Assembly: GCF_018350175.1 (NCBI RefSeq)
Contig: NC_058368.1
Location: 156,552,001 to 156,616,000 of the forward strand
DNA length: 64,000 nt
Source: Felis catus
Taxonomy: Eukaryota
Direction of reading: 5' to 3'
The notes under the pieces are model-generated. The model saw only the letters and a program-made list of their open reading frames with translations, had not been told where the DNA came from and did no database searches. This document shows, one piece after another, positions 29,201 to 42,062 of the stretch. The position numbers and the translations under genes were made by a program. How positions within the stretch are numbered: position 1 is the first letter of the stretch; each line of letters starts with the position of its first letter.

Positions 29201-29670
29201 CCAGATAACTTAAACAATATTTCTATAACTTCCTGCTGTCTCGTCCGTAAGAATGAAGGGATTCTGTGATCTAAAAGCATGATAAAAATCTGTCCTGGTA
29301 ACTTTAATTATAAATAGTGACTGTTTCTTGACAGATCTCAAAATTTATGTGAGGACAAGATGCATTAGAAGTTGGTCCCCTGCCCATTTTACCTCTTTCC
29401 GTTCAAGGCCGGACATATTGTCTGGCTGGGACACGCGAACCAATTGCATTCAGAAATGGCTTAAGAAGACTGTGTGCAAAATTAATTAAGGCAATAGATC
29501 CAATGAGAAAGAAGATAGCAATTAGAGGTAATACTCAGGTACCCTATTTTCCTCCACACAGAGAAATGATCTTTTCCCTTCTTTTCCAGGCAAACGCCTT
29601 TGGAAAGACAACAGATGATAAAATTCTGAAAGAAAATAAAAACACACGCAAGAGAGAAAACAAGAGTGAA

Positions 29671-29700
29671 AGCGAGAGCGAGAGCGAGAGCGAGAGAGAG
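29671..29700. repeat. (AGCGAG)n/(AG)n compound microsatellite
   Basis: agcgagagcgagagcgagagcgagagagag. Confidence 0.9.
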
Positions 29701-31552
29701 ACAGACTAATGCGGTGGTCTCTACCACAAGTCCTTAAGCTTTTATATGCGATACTCTGGGGCTGCCTGCTGTAACCAGTTAACATTTCTGGCCTTCCAAG
29801 AAAATATAACTAGTCCCTTAAAGTAGAGAGAGGAAGAAGAAATAATGGAGTGTCCCATTTCTGACAGTCAAGAGGGAAAGGAGAGAAATGTTCCCACACT
29901 GATCTCATTAAGATGACGAGAATAATGAGTGTGAATCTTATGTATGAATCTCCTAGTAGATAGAGGAGGGCATAAATGTATCCCACATTCACTCCTTTAT
30001 GATGCCTGATATACTACATTTATTCTTAGCTTCATCTGATACTACTGTTGGGGGCTTCTGTTACAATATTACAGCTTTAACTTCAAGTTTTGCCGCTGAA
30101 GTCATCTGAGTCAGTCATTCAACACAGCTTTATTGAGTGTGCATGAAAACGGGGAAGATCTGTTAATGGCAACTGAAATGCATCTCAAGCAGAACAGCCT
30201 GAATTTATTTCCTGTCACTGGTTCTAGTAATGGATTAAAAATACTGACAAATGGCATTTTTCAGTTTATAATCTATTTTATTTCCTAGCTCCTTAAACTT
30301 AGGTTAAACATTCTACTCGATTAGAAATAGAACCCTGGTATTATTAAATATGTCTAAATATTATTAAATATTTTTGGAGGAAGACTCATGCATTTTCCGC
30401 AAACACTGACGAGACATTTTCTTTGTGATTTGTTTCTCTTCCTTAGACCTAATGTAAGATATTTTCAAATAATAATTTTAAGTTATATCAGTTTTCAAGA
30501 TTGGTATACATTCTGGAAGGGGACATAGCTCTCAGAAACAAAAACCTGTGCTCTGGTTGTGTATGTCGTTCAAGCCTAAATGATCCACGGGCCCTTGTAC
30601 TTCAGGACTTCAAAGCATTTCATAGAGATGATTTAATTTAGCTTTCTTCACTCCAATAACTTTAATAGCAATAAATTGGGGCACCAAGCTTACAGCACAT
30701 AATTTATATAATGAAGAGGACAACCCCTTTACAAATTCTAACGCTATCTCAAAATACGCCCAAATTATTATTTTAGTACTTCTACTACGTTGTGAAGGGA
30801 TATGCTATCCTATTATATTACTTAATGACAGGCTAGAAAAATTTTGATCCACAGAATTTTGAAGGACATTTAGGATGAGAGCAATCAATGAAGCTGGATC
30901 ACCAATTTTTCTAAATAATTCAAAATACATACACTTTGTTTCTTGGCATTTATTTAGTCTAATGAACACTTACACCATGGACAGCTTTATCTTAGCTACC
31001 ATTAAATCAATATGAATCAATATAGATAGTTTAAACTGTTTAAGCAACTCAGTGACAATATATGTTTGAAACCTGGAAAATATATTCTTAATGAGTCTAC
31101 ATTTACTTTTGGGAATAAGTAATTTATACCGCTTGGAGGCCAAGTGACATTACTTGTCTAAAATGTGCCTCACTTAGACACACAGTGAACCCTTTAAGAG
31201 TTCTTTATTACTGCGCACTCGTCTCTGCAGTGGTTTGAGGAGTGGTGTACATGACCCCGACCAATGGAAAAGTTCATTAAAATATAAGATACACACTTAT
31301 TAACTTCAGGAATAATACTAACTAAAGTGAACACGGCTTCACTGTTTCCAGTAGGCAATGCCAGCCTTCTCAGATGAACACATTCCTTAACAGGGAATAC
31401 CAAGGACTGGGAGTCCAATTTTATACTCTTAGAACTCTACAAGACAACGTCAGACATTTGGTTTTCCTTAATTAAGAACATTCAACATATAAAGTTCAGG
31501 ATAGACAGACAGATCTATCTGTATTTCTCTCTCTGCCCCCTTTTTTTTTTAA

Positions 31553-31800
31553 AGAGTGGGAGAGAGCCAAAGCATAAGAGACTGTTACAAACTGAGAACA
31601 AACTGAGGGTTGATGGGGGGTGGGAGGGAGGAGAGGGTGGGTGATGGGTATTGAGGAGGGCAGCTTTTGGGATGAGCACTGGGTGTGGTATGGAAACCAA
31701 TTTGTCAATAAATTTCATATATAAAACAAAAAACAAAAAAAACCCAAAAACTAAGCATTAAAATTAAAAAAAATAAGTAAAAAAAAATGAAAAAAAAATA
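31553..31800 (+). mobile_element. 5'-truncated felid L1 3' end nested in the tail of a Can-SINE
   Basis: Closely similar to the L1 3'UTR at ~13750-13920 (agagtgggagagagccaaagcataagagac...ggaaaccaatttgtcaataaatttcatat), with a long degenerate A tail. Confidence 0.92.
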
Positions 31801-31803
31801 AAG

Positions 31804-31997
31804 TGTATTTATTTATTTTGAGGGAGAGAGACAGAGAAAGAGAGGGAGGGAGGGGCAGAGAGAGAATCCCAAGCAGCCTCTGTACTGCCAGCACGGAGCT
31901 GGACACAGGGCTCGAACCCACAAACCGTGAGATCATGACCTGAGCCCAAATCAAGAATCTGACAGATGTTTAACTGACTGAGTCACCCAGGAGCCCC
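31804..31997 (-). mobile_element. Can-SINE body; its poly-T tail is displaced to 31541-31550 by the L1 insertion
   Basis: tatttatttattttgagggagagag...gactgagtcacccaggagcccc. TSD tctctctctgccc at 31526-31538 and 31998-32010. Confidence 0.92.
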
Positions 31998-33752
31998 TCT
32001 CTCTCTGCCCTTCTTATCTTTTCAATGTTGCTGTCTTGAAGGATCTACTCCCCACGACTGGGGGAGAAGGAGAGTGCCTCAGTAATTTCCTCTACCGCAA
32101 AATGGTCTCCAAGCTCCCTTCCAAGTGTAACATTCTGTCACTTCATCTGCGCCCCTCAGAGCCCCACAGAATCTAGGCCCCTTGCCTTTGCCATGAGGCA
32201 GGTGCTCTATGTTGAAGGTAGGACTGGGATAGGTGTGTTGGTGGCATCCTGAGCACCAAGCCATGATTGCACCGAATCTCCTTCCTACATGCAATGTTTC
32301 CATTCTGCAGCTAGTACTCTATAAAGGAATTGATTAGGTTTGTTAGTGGCTCTATGTCATTATTTATGACATTGCTACTATCGGGAAGTGTATTTCAAAG
32401 TCTAAGTAACTATCTTACAAAACAGACTTTTCCATCTTATTTGGAGATGGGAACCCTCTATGAAGAATATTTAGTCTTAACTACACTAACCAAGCCAATC
32501 AAGATTTAAGACTTAGAAACTATGGCATGAGTCTCTTATTCTGATAATATTTTAAAAAATGAAAGGAATAGGATACAGCCGGAGAAGCTGATAGAACCTG
32601 GGTTAAATGTCTCTTCGATAAACACCAGCCTGCTGGAGGAGGCATGCAAGAGGCTCTTGCAATGGAAGAACCAATTCTATTTAACATAATTTAAACGCAA
32701 CCAGATAAATTTTCAATATTGCCACCTAACCAGAAAAAGTGAACCCTGGCATCTGAACTTCTGCATTTATAAATTAATTTTCTCTGAGTAGCAGTCACCA
32801 CTTTACCATTACTGCTTCAAAATGTAGCACCTCTTTTATACAACCTCATTAATCTGTGGATAATTAATGGACTACTTTTAAGACTGGCAATCTATTATTT
32901 TAAATTAAATCTTAAATATGTCTTTAACTGACTAAGAAAAATAATATTTAATCCATCCACATTTTACGACAAAACTGAATGATAGATTCTTTTTCTCAAA
33001 CATGTAAGCATTGCCTGAAATCTGCTTGATGAGAAATGTATAGAATCCTAACAATAGAAAATGCACTAGAATTATGTGTGTAGAGCTAAGTGGGATATAA
33101 AACATCATATATTTACATACTATTGATAAATTGGAATAGTTCCAGTTTTGGGATTCCTATGTGGAACTAGATAACTTGACGTGCAGAATAGCCAGTAAAA
33201 CATGTATCTTCACCATTTTAAATGACTTTCCTATTCTACAACCTTTTTCCTTCCCTTCCAATGAAGATCTAATAGGTAATCAAGCCTAATGAAGTATGCT
33301 TTTATATCTCAGACATAATGATATTCATTTAAGAATATAAAGATTATCTACTAGTCATAAATACAGTGCAATGTATAGACAAAACCCATCAAACCCTCAT
33401 AATGATGGAGGTTGTATTACTTAGGCCAGAATTAATGTTCACCCCACTTCTCCATTTCAGTGAAGCACAACAACGTACCCTTGGAATTGATGTAAAGAAG
33501 AAAACTCTCGTATGGGTTTCATAAGGGCAAGATTCAATTCTTTACTCTCTACAAAGCTAAACAAAATCTTTCCTTTAATTGGACTCTAATATAGCCAATA
33601 ATTTCGTACAGAGATCACAAATTTTCTTTCTCCAGACTGGATTACCTATGGGAATAATCTTCATTATATGCAAACTACAGAAAATCCAAACTAGACTTCA
33701 CTACCAAGAGTATGAAAATAAACAGAGTTAAGCTCATGTGAAACCTCATTTA

Positions 33753-33974
33753 CAGTATGTATCCTCAAAGCGGGGCAATATGACATCCAAGGGGGCAAAA
33801 ATTGGCTCTTAGGGGAGAATAAAAGAAACTTAGATATTACAATGATTTGTGCCCCTCCAAAACTCAACATTGACTGAGCTAATCGTATTCTTTAGCATTT
33901 ATTTTCTCTCATTTAATGAAAATTTTCTTCTTAGGAGGTTGAATATGGAAAAAAAAACCCACTGAGAAACACTG
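33753..33974. mobile_element. Short hAT-Charlie-type MITE
   Basis: Ends cagtatgtatcctcaa... and ...tgagaaacactg; internal caagggggcaaaaattggctcttagggg resembles a recalled hAT-Charlie MITE. Confidence 0.55.
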
Positions 33975-36900
33975 ATTTAATATAAAATGAAAACCAAGTT
34001 TTATCTCTAACATCTCTTTTTTCCATTCTTAAAATCAGAGCTGCCTTTCATTTTCATCCAAATATCTACTGACACTTTAATGTAATTTCCATCTTTTCTT
34101 GCTTGTTAGTTTTTCTCTGATTTTCTCTTCATTATGTCCCTTTGAGCCAATAGCTGGTGACTGGTGTGAATGTGAGAAATGGTTGCTCTTTCATCTTTAC
34201 TCTCTTACTGATCTCTCATGTTACCACCTGCTGAGTGTTGGACCTCTGTCATCACAGCCCAGGAGAAGGTGCAACGTGGAGTCCAAACTCACACACCTAC
34301 TGTGGCAAGACTGACTACTGGGTCTATATCCAATTCTGACTGTAGTAGTCAAATGTGGTAAAATGGTGGCAGGAGAAAGAGCAACAAAAAAGCAGAAATA
34401 ACTTTCTTAACAACATTTCAGGTCAGCTTTCCCCTCGGTAAATTAACACACTCATAATTCTAAGGTATATCGTCATAACTGGTCAAAATAGAAAAATGTC
34501 ACAACGGAAAGCACTTTACTCCTATTTCTTCATATTTACCTGATACATAGGGGCATGGAAATATGTGTCGAGTAAACTTACAGACTCAAGTATATTAGTG
34601 ACAGCATTTCTCTTATAATTTACAATCTTTCAGAAGAGTTATTACTTTACAAAATTTTAGTAAAATAAATTATATAATTATATCGTTCATTTAAACGTTT
34701 TTCTTTGCAAAACACTTTCCGTAATAATATTTCACGATAGAACATGGCTTGCTCTTTTGTCCTGGACAGTTTCAATTGAAGCCGGAAGGTAGAAAGCTCT
34801 TCTGAGGACGAATATCCTCAGTTGGTTTAGGAATCTGAGGATGGAGAGTGATCTCATTACTTTATAATTTTTGATCGTTAGTCAACTCAGTTATAAAGTC
34901 TGGACCAAGCAACATATTTTCAAAGGCTCTCACAAAGGTCTTGAGGCTGACACTACCTGATAAGTAATGCCTGAGGTGAAATGGCCTAGCACCCACAGAG
35001 CCAGGAGGAGACCACACTGAGGCATCGGTACCCCCTCCTGTCCCAGCTTTCATTGCTTGAACTATGAAGATTCACAAGAAGTCTAATTGCTGAATTCAAA
35101 AAGGTATCACAGTTATGTTCGTGATGTTAGCAGTTTATGTTTGATTATAATAGAGTACAATAGCACTATACCTGAGGAAAAGTGAAATAGTTTTATTTTC
35201 CCCAAATCACTCAAGGAAGAATGTATCCCCAGATTATAGCATTTTACTACTTCCTACTTTTGAATACAAAGGAGAGTAAAGATAATAGAAAATATGTGTT
35301 TGACATGCTCTAAGAATTAAATTCTTCTTGTAAATAGACAATAAAATTTAAGAGGAATAAGCTTTTCAGAGAGTGGTAGACTCAGTGTCTTATGTGATTA
35401 TCTCCCTCCAAAGAGCAGGAGGCCATTTTGCTGATACCTATTAAAATAAACAACAAAAAAAGGATGCTGGCAATATTTAAAGAGAGCTATGCACCAATTT
35501 GAGGAAGTGCTGCCTTTGTAGATGTAACAGATAAAACACAAAAGAGAAAGACTACACATTTAAATAGATCTATAAACTAAGCTAGAGCAACACTCCACAA
35601 GAAGGATTCGAGAAATCTAGTCAAAATGCTTTGTCCCATTAATATCTGATTTGCTACATTTCCTAAGATTCACAGTTGATTTTAGCTAATTGTGATCAAT
35701 CTTCAAACTCAACTCACTTCTAAATTTTGATCTTTGAGGGGCTTTTATATAATTGCAAAATTTATACGCAATGCTTTGGCATCGCTTAAGAGAACCTAAC
35801 TTTTTATTGTCCAATACTTGAAAAAAATTTTCTTCCTTGGAATTCAGATAAATTTAGGAGAAAAATGTGTGTTTTGAGTATCGACTTAAAAGTGTCAGTG
35901 TGTCCCCATGAATTGGGCATATGATCTATTTACTGAAAAGGAAACTGTAGTACTGGAACCTTCTAAGTGTCAATAGTCTTTGATTTTGTAAAAGGAATTT
36001 TGGGTAATTTTGGAGATATACAATCTTCTAAATTGACGAAATTCTATATAGGCTTTCTTGTTTCCTCACACATTTGGGAAGGAAGCATTTAATGTACCTT
36101 TAAAATTTGTGTAAATTAGATTGGAAGTATTGTTTAGTAAACAATAAATGTTTATGTCAGAGGATAGCATAAGTGAAGAAGGATGGACAGAAGGGCTTGG
36201 AAATTTAGATTTATATAATTTTAGGAAAATTAAAGAATGCAAGGATAGGAAGGAACAAGAGTTATAGATCATTTTGCTTTAGTACTTGTTTCTCTGATTT
36301 TTGAGGGTCCTTCTGTTTTGTTGTTGCAGGGAAAATAACAACAATTACATCTGGAACATTTCCAGTTTTCCTGCTTAGCACTAAAAAAATAATTGTAGCA
36401 ACACCAACAAAGGCTTCTATACAAATCATTTGAAAATTGCCATAGATTTGAAGCATACTTTTGTTGGTATGCTACTGCTGATGTCTCTTAGATTTTTAAA
36501 GTAGAAATTTCTGTTGGGATCTTAAAGTTACCTTTCCTATGTCCAGTACAATCACCCTATATAGCTCACTAACATGAACGCTAAGATTTGAATTACAGGG
36601 GATGTAGATATGCCTTTGTTTGCACATTGATGTTTCTTCTTAAGCAATGCTCCTCTCTTGGTCCTTGAACGTGAAGGCCACTTAAAATGTCCTTATTGTT
36701 GTAATAACTTTTAGAAAAATCCATATGTTGTTTAATAGCAGCAGGCTTTCTACACAGAAAATACCTGATAAGGTATCCTCATGAGCCTATTGTCTTCAGA
36801 TCGTTGCATTGTATTCCCATGGCCTCTGCAAGTTCAGTTCCTCCTCCCTTGCTTGTGCTTCCTCCATTTTTTAAAAAAAATCATTTGGCTACACAGAGCT

Positions 36901-38839
36901 GCCTCATGTCATTCTCTGCATACATCATCTCTGTTTTTTCTCTTTTCCTGCATAATGGCCCAGCTTTTCTGAGAGTAGCTGTTGTCCCGAGTGTGATCCT
37001 TTACTAAAATGGGGATTGAATGAAGGTGAAGCACAAATTATCTGGACGCAAAGGAAAACCAGGCATTTGAAAAGGACCCAGAAAGGAACGAGTAATGAAC
37101 CAGAGTGGCCTCGATGAATTGCTGTAGAGGGAATTCTCAGTTCTGACACAAAAGGAACACATGGATACCAAGGAAAACCAGGGGTGGGGGGGTGGGCAGA
37201 ATCTCAGTAGGAAGCCTGCCTCATAGGCTGGTCAGCACAGAGGGTTGAAGCCAGTAGCCTTCCAGATAGCAACAGAAACAAATGCATTTTATGAGTAACA
37301 GTTAAAAATTCAAACATGCCGGTTCTGGGACACAAGATACTTGGAAGGGTTGACATCCCTTCATAATTCATGTTCATTGTTCCTCTAAGTAAAATATGTG
37401 TCTCCCTATAGTTATTCTGTTAGGAATTGTACTTTAAAGGCAAGAGGACATTTTTGATAATGCACATCTTAAACTTTTCATTAAACTACCAAATTTAAAT
37501 TCTACCTTTTTGTGCACTCTGACATTTTTGTCTGGCATTTTCATTAATTTTGCGACATACATAAATGTAGCTGAAATGTTAACTGATCAATACTTTGTCT
37601 CTCTCATGTAGCACTAGCACTCCATTCCCTAAGGACCACACAGCAGAACAGAAATTAAATGTGTAAAATATCAAATGTTAATGTTAAACACAGCGGCACT
37701 TACTGTATAACGACAGAAAAGGCTAAAACAATTCCAAATGGACAGATGGTACCACAAATTATCTACAATCACATTTAAAGATTAAAGTTTGTCCTGTAAA
37801 ATAATTCTTTGACGCACACTGAAGTGTGTCCTTTTACTGATAGCTCAGTTGTCCAATTATTTTTGTGCTCATTACAGTGAGAAATGACAGTACTGAAGAG
37901 AAAGAGAGAGTGCGCACTCCGTTTTTTTTTTTCCACGTTGCACCCACTGACATCCGCAAGAACACAAATGTCTGGTCAAGAGCCTGATGAAAATTAGGCC
38001 CAATTTATGAGACATTTCCACGTCTGCAATAGATGATTCCAAAAGACAAGCAGGGCCTTCTGCGCCACATACGTCTGTGTTTGCTCTCAGGCATACAATA
38101 TTCATAGTAAAATTTAAAAACCTAATTCATAGCACACAAAAACAAGGACATTCCCAGGAACATGTTTGCTTATGTTTTATCCCTCGCCTTCCCCGGCCGA
38201 CCGCAGCTTGGTGTCGTCAGCCGGCTCTAGCGTCTTCCCAGAGCACACAGGTAGTGCCAAAGGGGCCGGAACCTCTCTAGCCCTACGTTTCTTAGGCTTT
38301 CCCCTTTAACTGACATTGGGACAAAAAGATCATTGTCTTTCCATTTTGGTTTCGTTATTCTACATTTGTTTTTGGATAGGAAATTAGAAAAGAAAAAGAA
38401 AATGGAATAGAAAAAAAAAAGGCTCTTAAACATTATAAAGTTTACTGATCTGGGCCTAAAACCAAGCCACATAATGGTACAAATGCATGTGCTCCGTGAA
38501 GCAGCTGCATTTATGAAAAAGTGGGCCAAGTGGAACCAATATTATAATAATAGACCCGAGATCCATCAACAGGGAATGATGGGAACAATATGTTTGTAAC
38601 AATGGGGTGCTGCTCATACTCTTCTCCTAATGGAAAGCAGTTCTTTTCAATAAACTGGCCTAAAAAGGCTCTGGTTATGCAACGAGATCTTGGAAACATT
38701 TCATTTTTAAATATATCACTTAATATCTTTAAGATGAATAAAAATCCTATAATACTTTATTTTTTTTTTTCTGAATTGTTATGATACTTAGATTATAAGG
38801 TACATATTTCAAAAGCTCTTTTAGAAAGAAAAAAATATC

Positions 38840-39050
38840 TGTTGTGTGGCTTTGGGTAAGGTTCTTTTCTGTGCCTCAGTGTTTTCCTCTGCATATTGGG
38901 AAAATAATAGTATCTACTTTGTAGATTGTTGTTAGGTTATTGGGAGTATTAAATTCATGTATTCATGAAAAGCACTTTCGTGCATTAGTGTCTGTAAAAC
39001 AGTTTCCTGGTACATAAAGGCTTAATAAGTATTGGTTGTTATTATTATAT
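38840..39050 (+). mobile_element. MIR SINE
   Basis: ctgtgcctcagtgttttcctctgcatattgggaaaataatagtatctac...aaagcact...cttaataagtatt. Confidence 0.8.
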
Positions 39051-40178
39051 AGAGGATTATTATATTATTATTTATAGGATTATGAAATAGTTTAGAATTT
39101 AAATGAAAAGTCCAAGGAAAGCATTAGGCTATGTCTATCATCATTTAATAACTAGCTCTATTAGAGCCAAACCTTATATATCTGGCCTCATTGGAGAAGA
39201 GTTTCTTCACTTAAGAACAAAAAATTTCACATTGATTGACTGGTTTATTGGTTGGTCTGTTGATCTGGATGCCCATTTATATTGGGAGACTATCAAGTAC
39301 TAGATACTCTGCAGGTGATGCTGGACCACCAGGGTGGAAAAGGCAGGGCCCCCCTTCTCATGGTATGCCCAGCTCAGGTCTAGATAAATGAAGTTCAGTT
39401 TTGTTGTTTGTTATTTTAATCACATTCAGTAGAGTGTAACTCAGGGCTTGTATTCAACGAACCTGTCAATGTTATCATTTCTTCTCAAAAGTACTCTTCT
39501 TGCACATTCACATTGTGCCTTGTGAGGCCTCTTCTCGCCATTCGTGTCTGCAGACCCTTATCCCACCTTTACTGTGGCCTCCCCCTCCTTTTTTGCAAGC
39601 ATCTCGCATTCAGTTTGTGTTTTGTAGGATGAAGGCTGTTGGAAACTGACTACCAGCTGAGAGAGATATTATAATCTGTCTTTCCCAGTGAACTTGGATA
39701 CCCTTACAGTGAAACCACTCAAGTGTTATCATGTACATGTACCTAAGTGTCTCAGAATTTCAGCACCTGATTTCTGTTAATCAAAGGAAACTGTGAAAAA
39801 AGCCTGCCATCTTGAATTCGTTTTACGTCAGTGACCTCTAGAAGCAAGAGAAAGTTTGTGAAGACTTATACAATACATTGTAACATTAAAGCATTCCGAA
39901 TGAATGTTCCTGAACAAATGACATAACTGTATAGATTCCCCTGTTTTCAAATTTCACAAACAGTTGTGCGGGATGACTTTGGAAGGAGCGAATCAAAGAT
40001 GGCATCATGGCATTTTTGGGAGAATATTACTGCGTCTGTTATAAGGGCCCATGGAACCTGGAAGTAATGGCATTAAATATACATAGAAACTCAGTGTCAG
40101 TTTTTCCTCATTAATATCAAAGTGTCTCTATGATAGTGAAAAATCATAATCCAGGTTGCTTAACAGTACCCCAATGTA

Positions 40179-40311
40179 TTTATTATGTGGAAGAGCTAAC
40201 TAAAAGTGTATTGACAGAGGAAGATTTTCTTTTCCCAAACTTAATGATGATGGCAACTGCTTTCTTTAAGGAGACAACAACATGTCTATGGGAAGCAGGC
40301 TGCCTAACTTT
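40179..40311 (-). CDS. MCTP1: Candidate alternative terminal exon of MCTP1: KVRQPASHRHVVVSLKKAVAIIIKFGKRKSSSVNTLLVSSST*, with AATAAA overlapping the stop
   Basis: tccctttgtgttgtaagttaccag|AAA GTT AGG... is phase-0 compatible with the upstream exon. 42 open codons, TAA at 40185-40183, AATAAA at 40184-40179. Usage is not demonstrated. Confidence 0.4.
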
Positions 40312-41328
40312 CTGGTAACTTACAACACAAAGGGACATACACACTCTTTGTTCCATGTGCTCAGACATTAATGAAAGTCCTATACAAGGCCTGAGAGGAG
40401 GACAGAGCTCAAAGTGCTAAACAGATGTGCAGACACTCATTTGAATGGTAATACTAAAATGTTGATTTGTTACTATAATTAAGGCTCTTCTTATGAGCTC
40501 CATCATAAAGTCATATTCTGCTAAACTGGAAACTATAAGAAAGCCTAAGGTACTCATCTTCTAACAAATATGACAATAAAATAAAGGATTTCAGAAGAAG
40601 GACTCTACTTAAACTTCAAACTGAAATCCTGAATAAGCAAAACTAACGTGAGAGCGGAAAATCCCAGCTAAAGCACAGAGGAAAGTATTCTCTCAGATTT
40701 TCTGGCTTTGCTAGTTGGTCTCATCAGCAGTTTTTAAACAACCAAAGTAAAAGGCTACAAGATGAACATTGTTAGAGGACTATTTGGATCTATCAAATTC
40801 TCACTTGTGCCTTTTTAAAAACTGGAAATCTCAGAAACAATAAAACGTCTCTTAAATAGGTCACATCTACTTCCAATTGATTCACATATTAAAATATTAC
40901 CAACCAGCACCCTACTGCCAATGATTTTCATATTTTGAAAAAAAATCTATAGAACAATAACATTAAAATAAGGATGGTCAAGATTATTAATTTTTTTTTA
41001 ACACTAAGGACTTTTCTTGGCTCTGTTATTGGGATTTGGAATTATGCAATATGTAAAATTTTACTTTTTGACTGTCATGGAGAAAATTATATATTGGCTG
41101 AGATTTCTTGCTTTCCGGAAATCTGGTGGGGGTGGGGGATGTATTCTTGGACTCAGACCTTGAACGATCCATCAGGTTCCTGCCCACGGCAAATCTGTCC
41201 AGTCAAGTCTTAAAATAGGAGTTTTAAAATGGCCACATCAACATAACTGTTACTATAGCCACAGAAACATGCAGCTATGATTACTGAATTTAATGAATAA
41301 CAATGTAAGTAATAAAGAATTATCATAC

Positions 41329-41448
41329 CACAAAAGCAGCGAGGCTCCTTGGGGGTGAATCCCAATCAAAGCAACTATTAACGTAGTATGCAGCATTTAC
41401 GAGCACCATGACACAACGCTTCATTCTGATAAAGTTTCTTAGGAGCAG
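41329..41448 (-). CDS. MCTP1: MCTP1 internal coding exon (120 nt, phase 0-0): LLLRNFIRMKRCVMVLVNAAYYVNSCFDWDSPPRSLAAFV
   Basis: tcttttgtacag|CTG CTC CTA...GCT TTT GTG|gtatga. The SCFDWDSP.RS motif precedes the first transmembrane segment in MCTP proteins. Confidence 0.95.
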
Positions 41449-41969
41449 CTGTACAAAAGATGAAAATATTATTAGAATTTGCAAGACTAAAAGCCATCAG
41501 ATATGGTACAAAATTCTTCAAGTTTAGTGTGACTTGAAAAGGATTCATAGAGTTAATGAAGTTGGAAGAATATACCAAGCAATTTGGCTCATGAGTGAAA
41601 GGAAGAGAAGTATCTCTGGAAACAGCAGAAAGAACTGAATTATAAGAACAATTCCTTAGCTAAATAGATTTTCTTAAAAAAAGCATTATTATGTGGATTG
41701 GGCTACCTATGTGCAAAAGCCAAACATCTCCAAAAATTAAAAACATTTACATATTGTGAATCTTAAATATATTTTTAAATTCTCAAATCTTATTGTGGTT
41801 TTAAGATTCTTTACATGCCTTAATTTCAAGATATTTGAAAGTGAAATGGATAACGTGGAATGTTTCAATTTCAGGTCTTAGAGAAAAACCTGTCAACTAT
41901 TGCTTTTTTTACAGAAAACAAAATTTTCATCATTTTTGTGGGATTCTCCCTTATTTACTATCAATTTTT

Positions 41970-42062
41970 CAGTCTCGGTCTCTCTTGGTCTCTCTCTCTC
42001 TCTCTCTCCCTCTCGCTCTCTCTCTCAGTTTCTCCCTCTCAGTCTAATTCTCTGTCTCTCCT
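41970..42062. repeat. Degenerate (CT)n tract (GA-rich on the transcribed strand)
   Basis: Read directly. Confidence 0.85.

Larger units (their letters stand above)
1..41328 (-). other. MCTP1: Long MCTP1 intron downstream of the exon cluster (next canonical exon outside the window)
   Basis: Begins with the GT donor at 41328. No further MCTP1-like (transmembrane-region) coding sequence was recognised between here and position 1. Confidence 0.8.
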
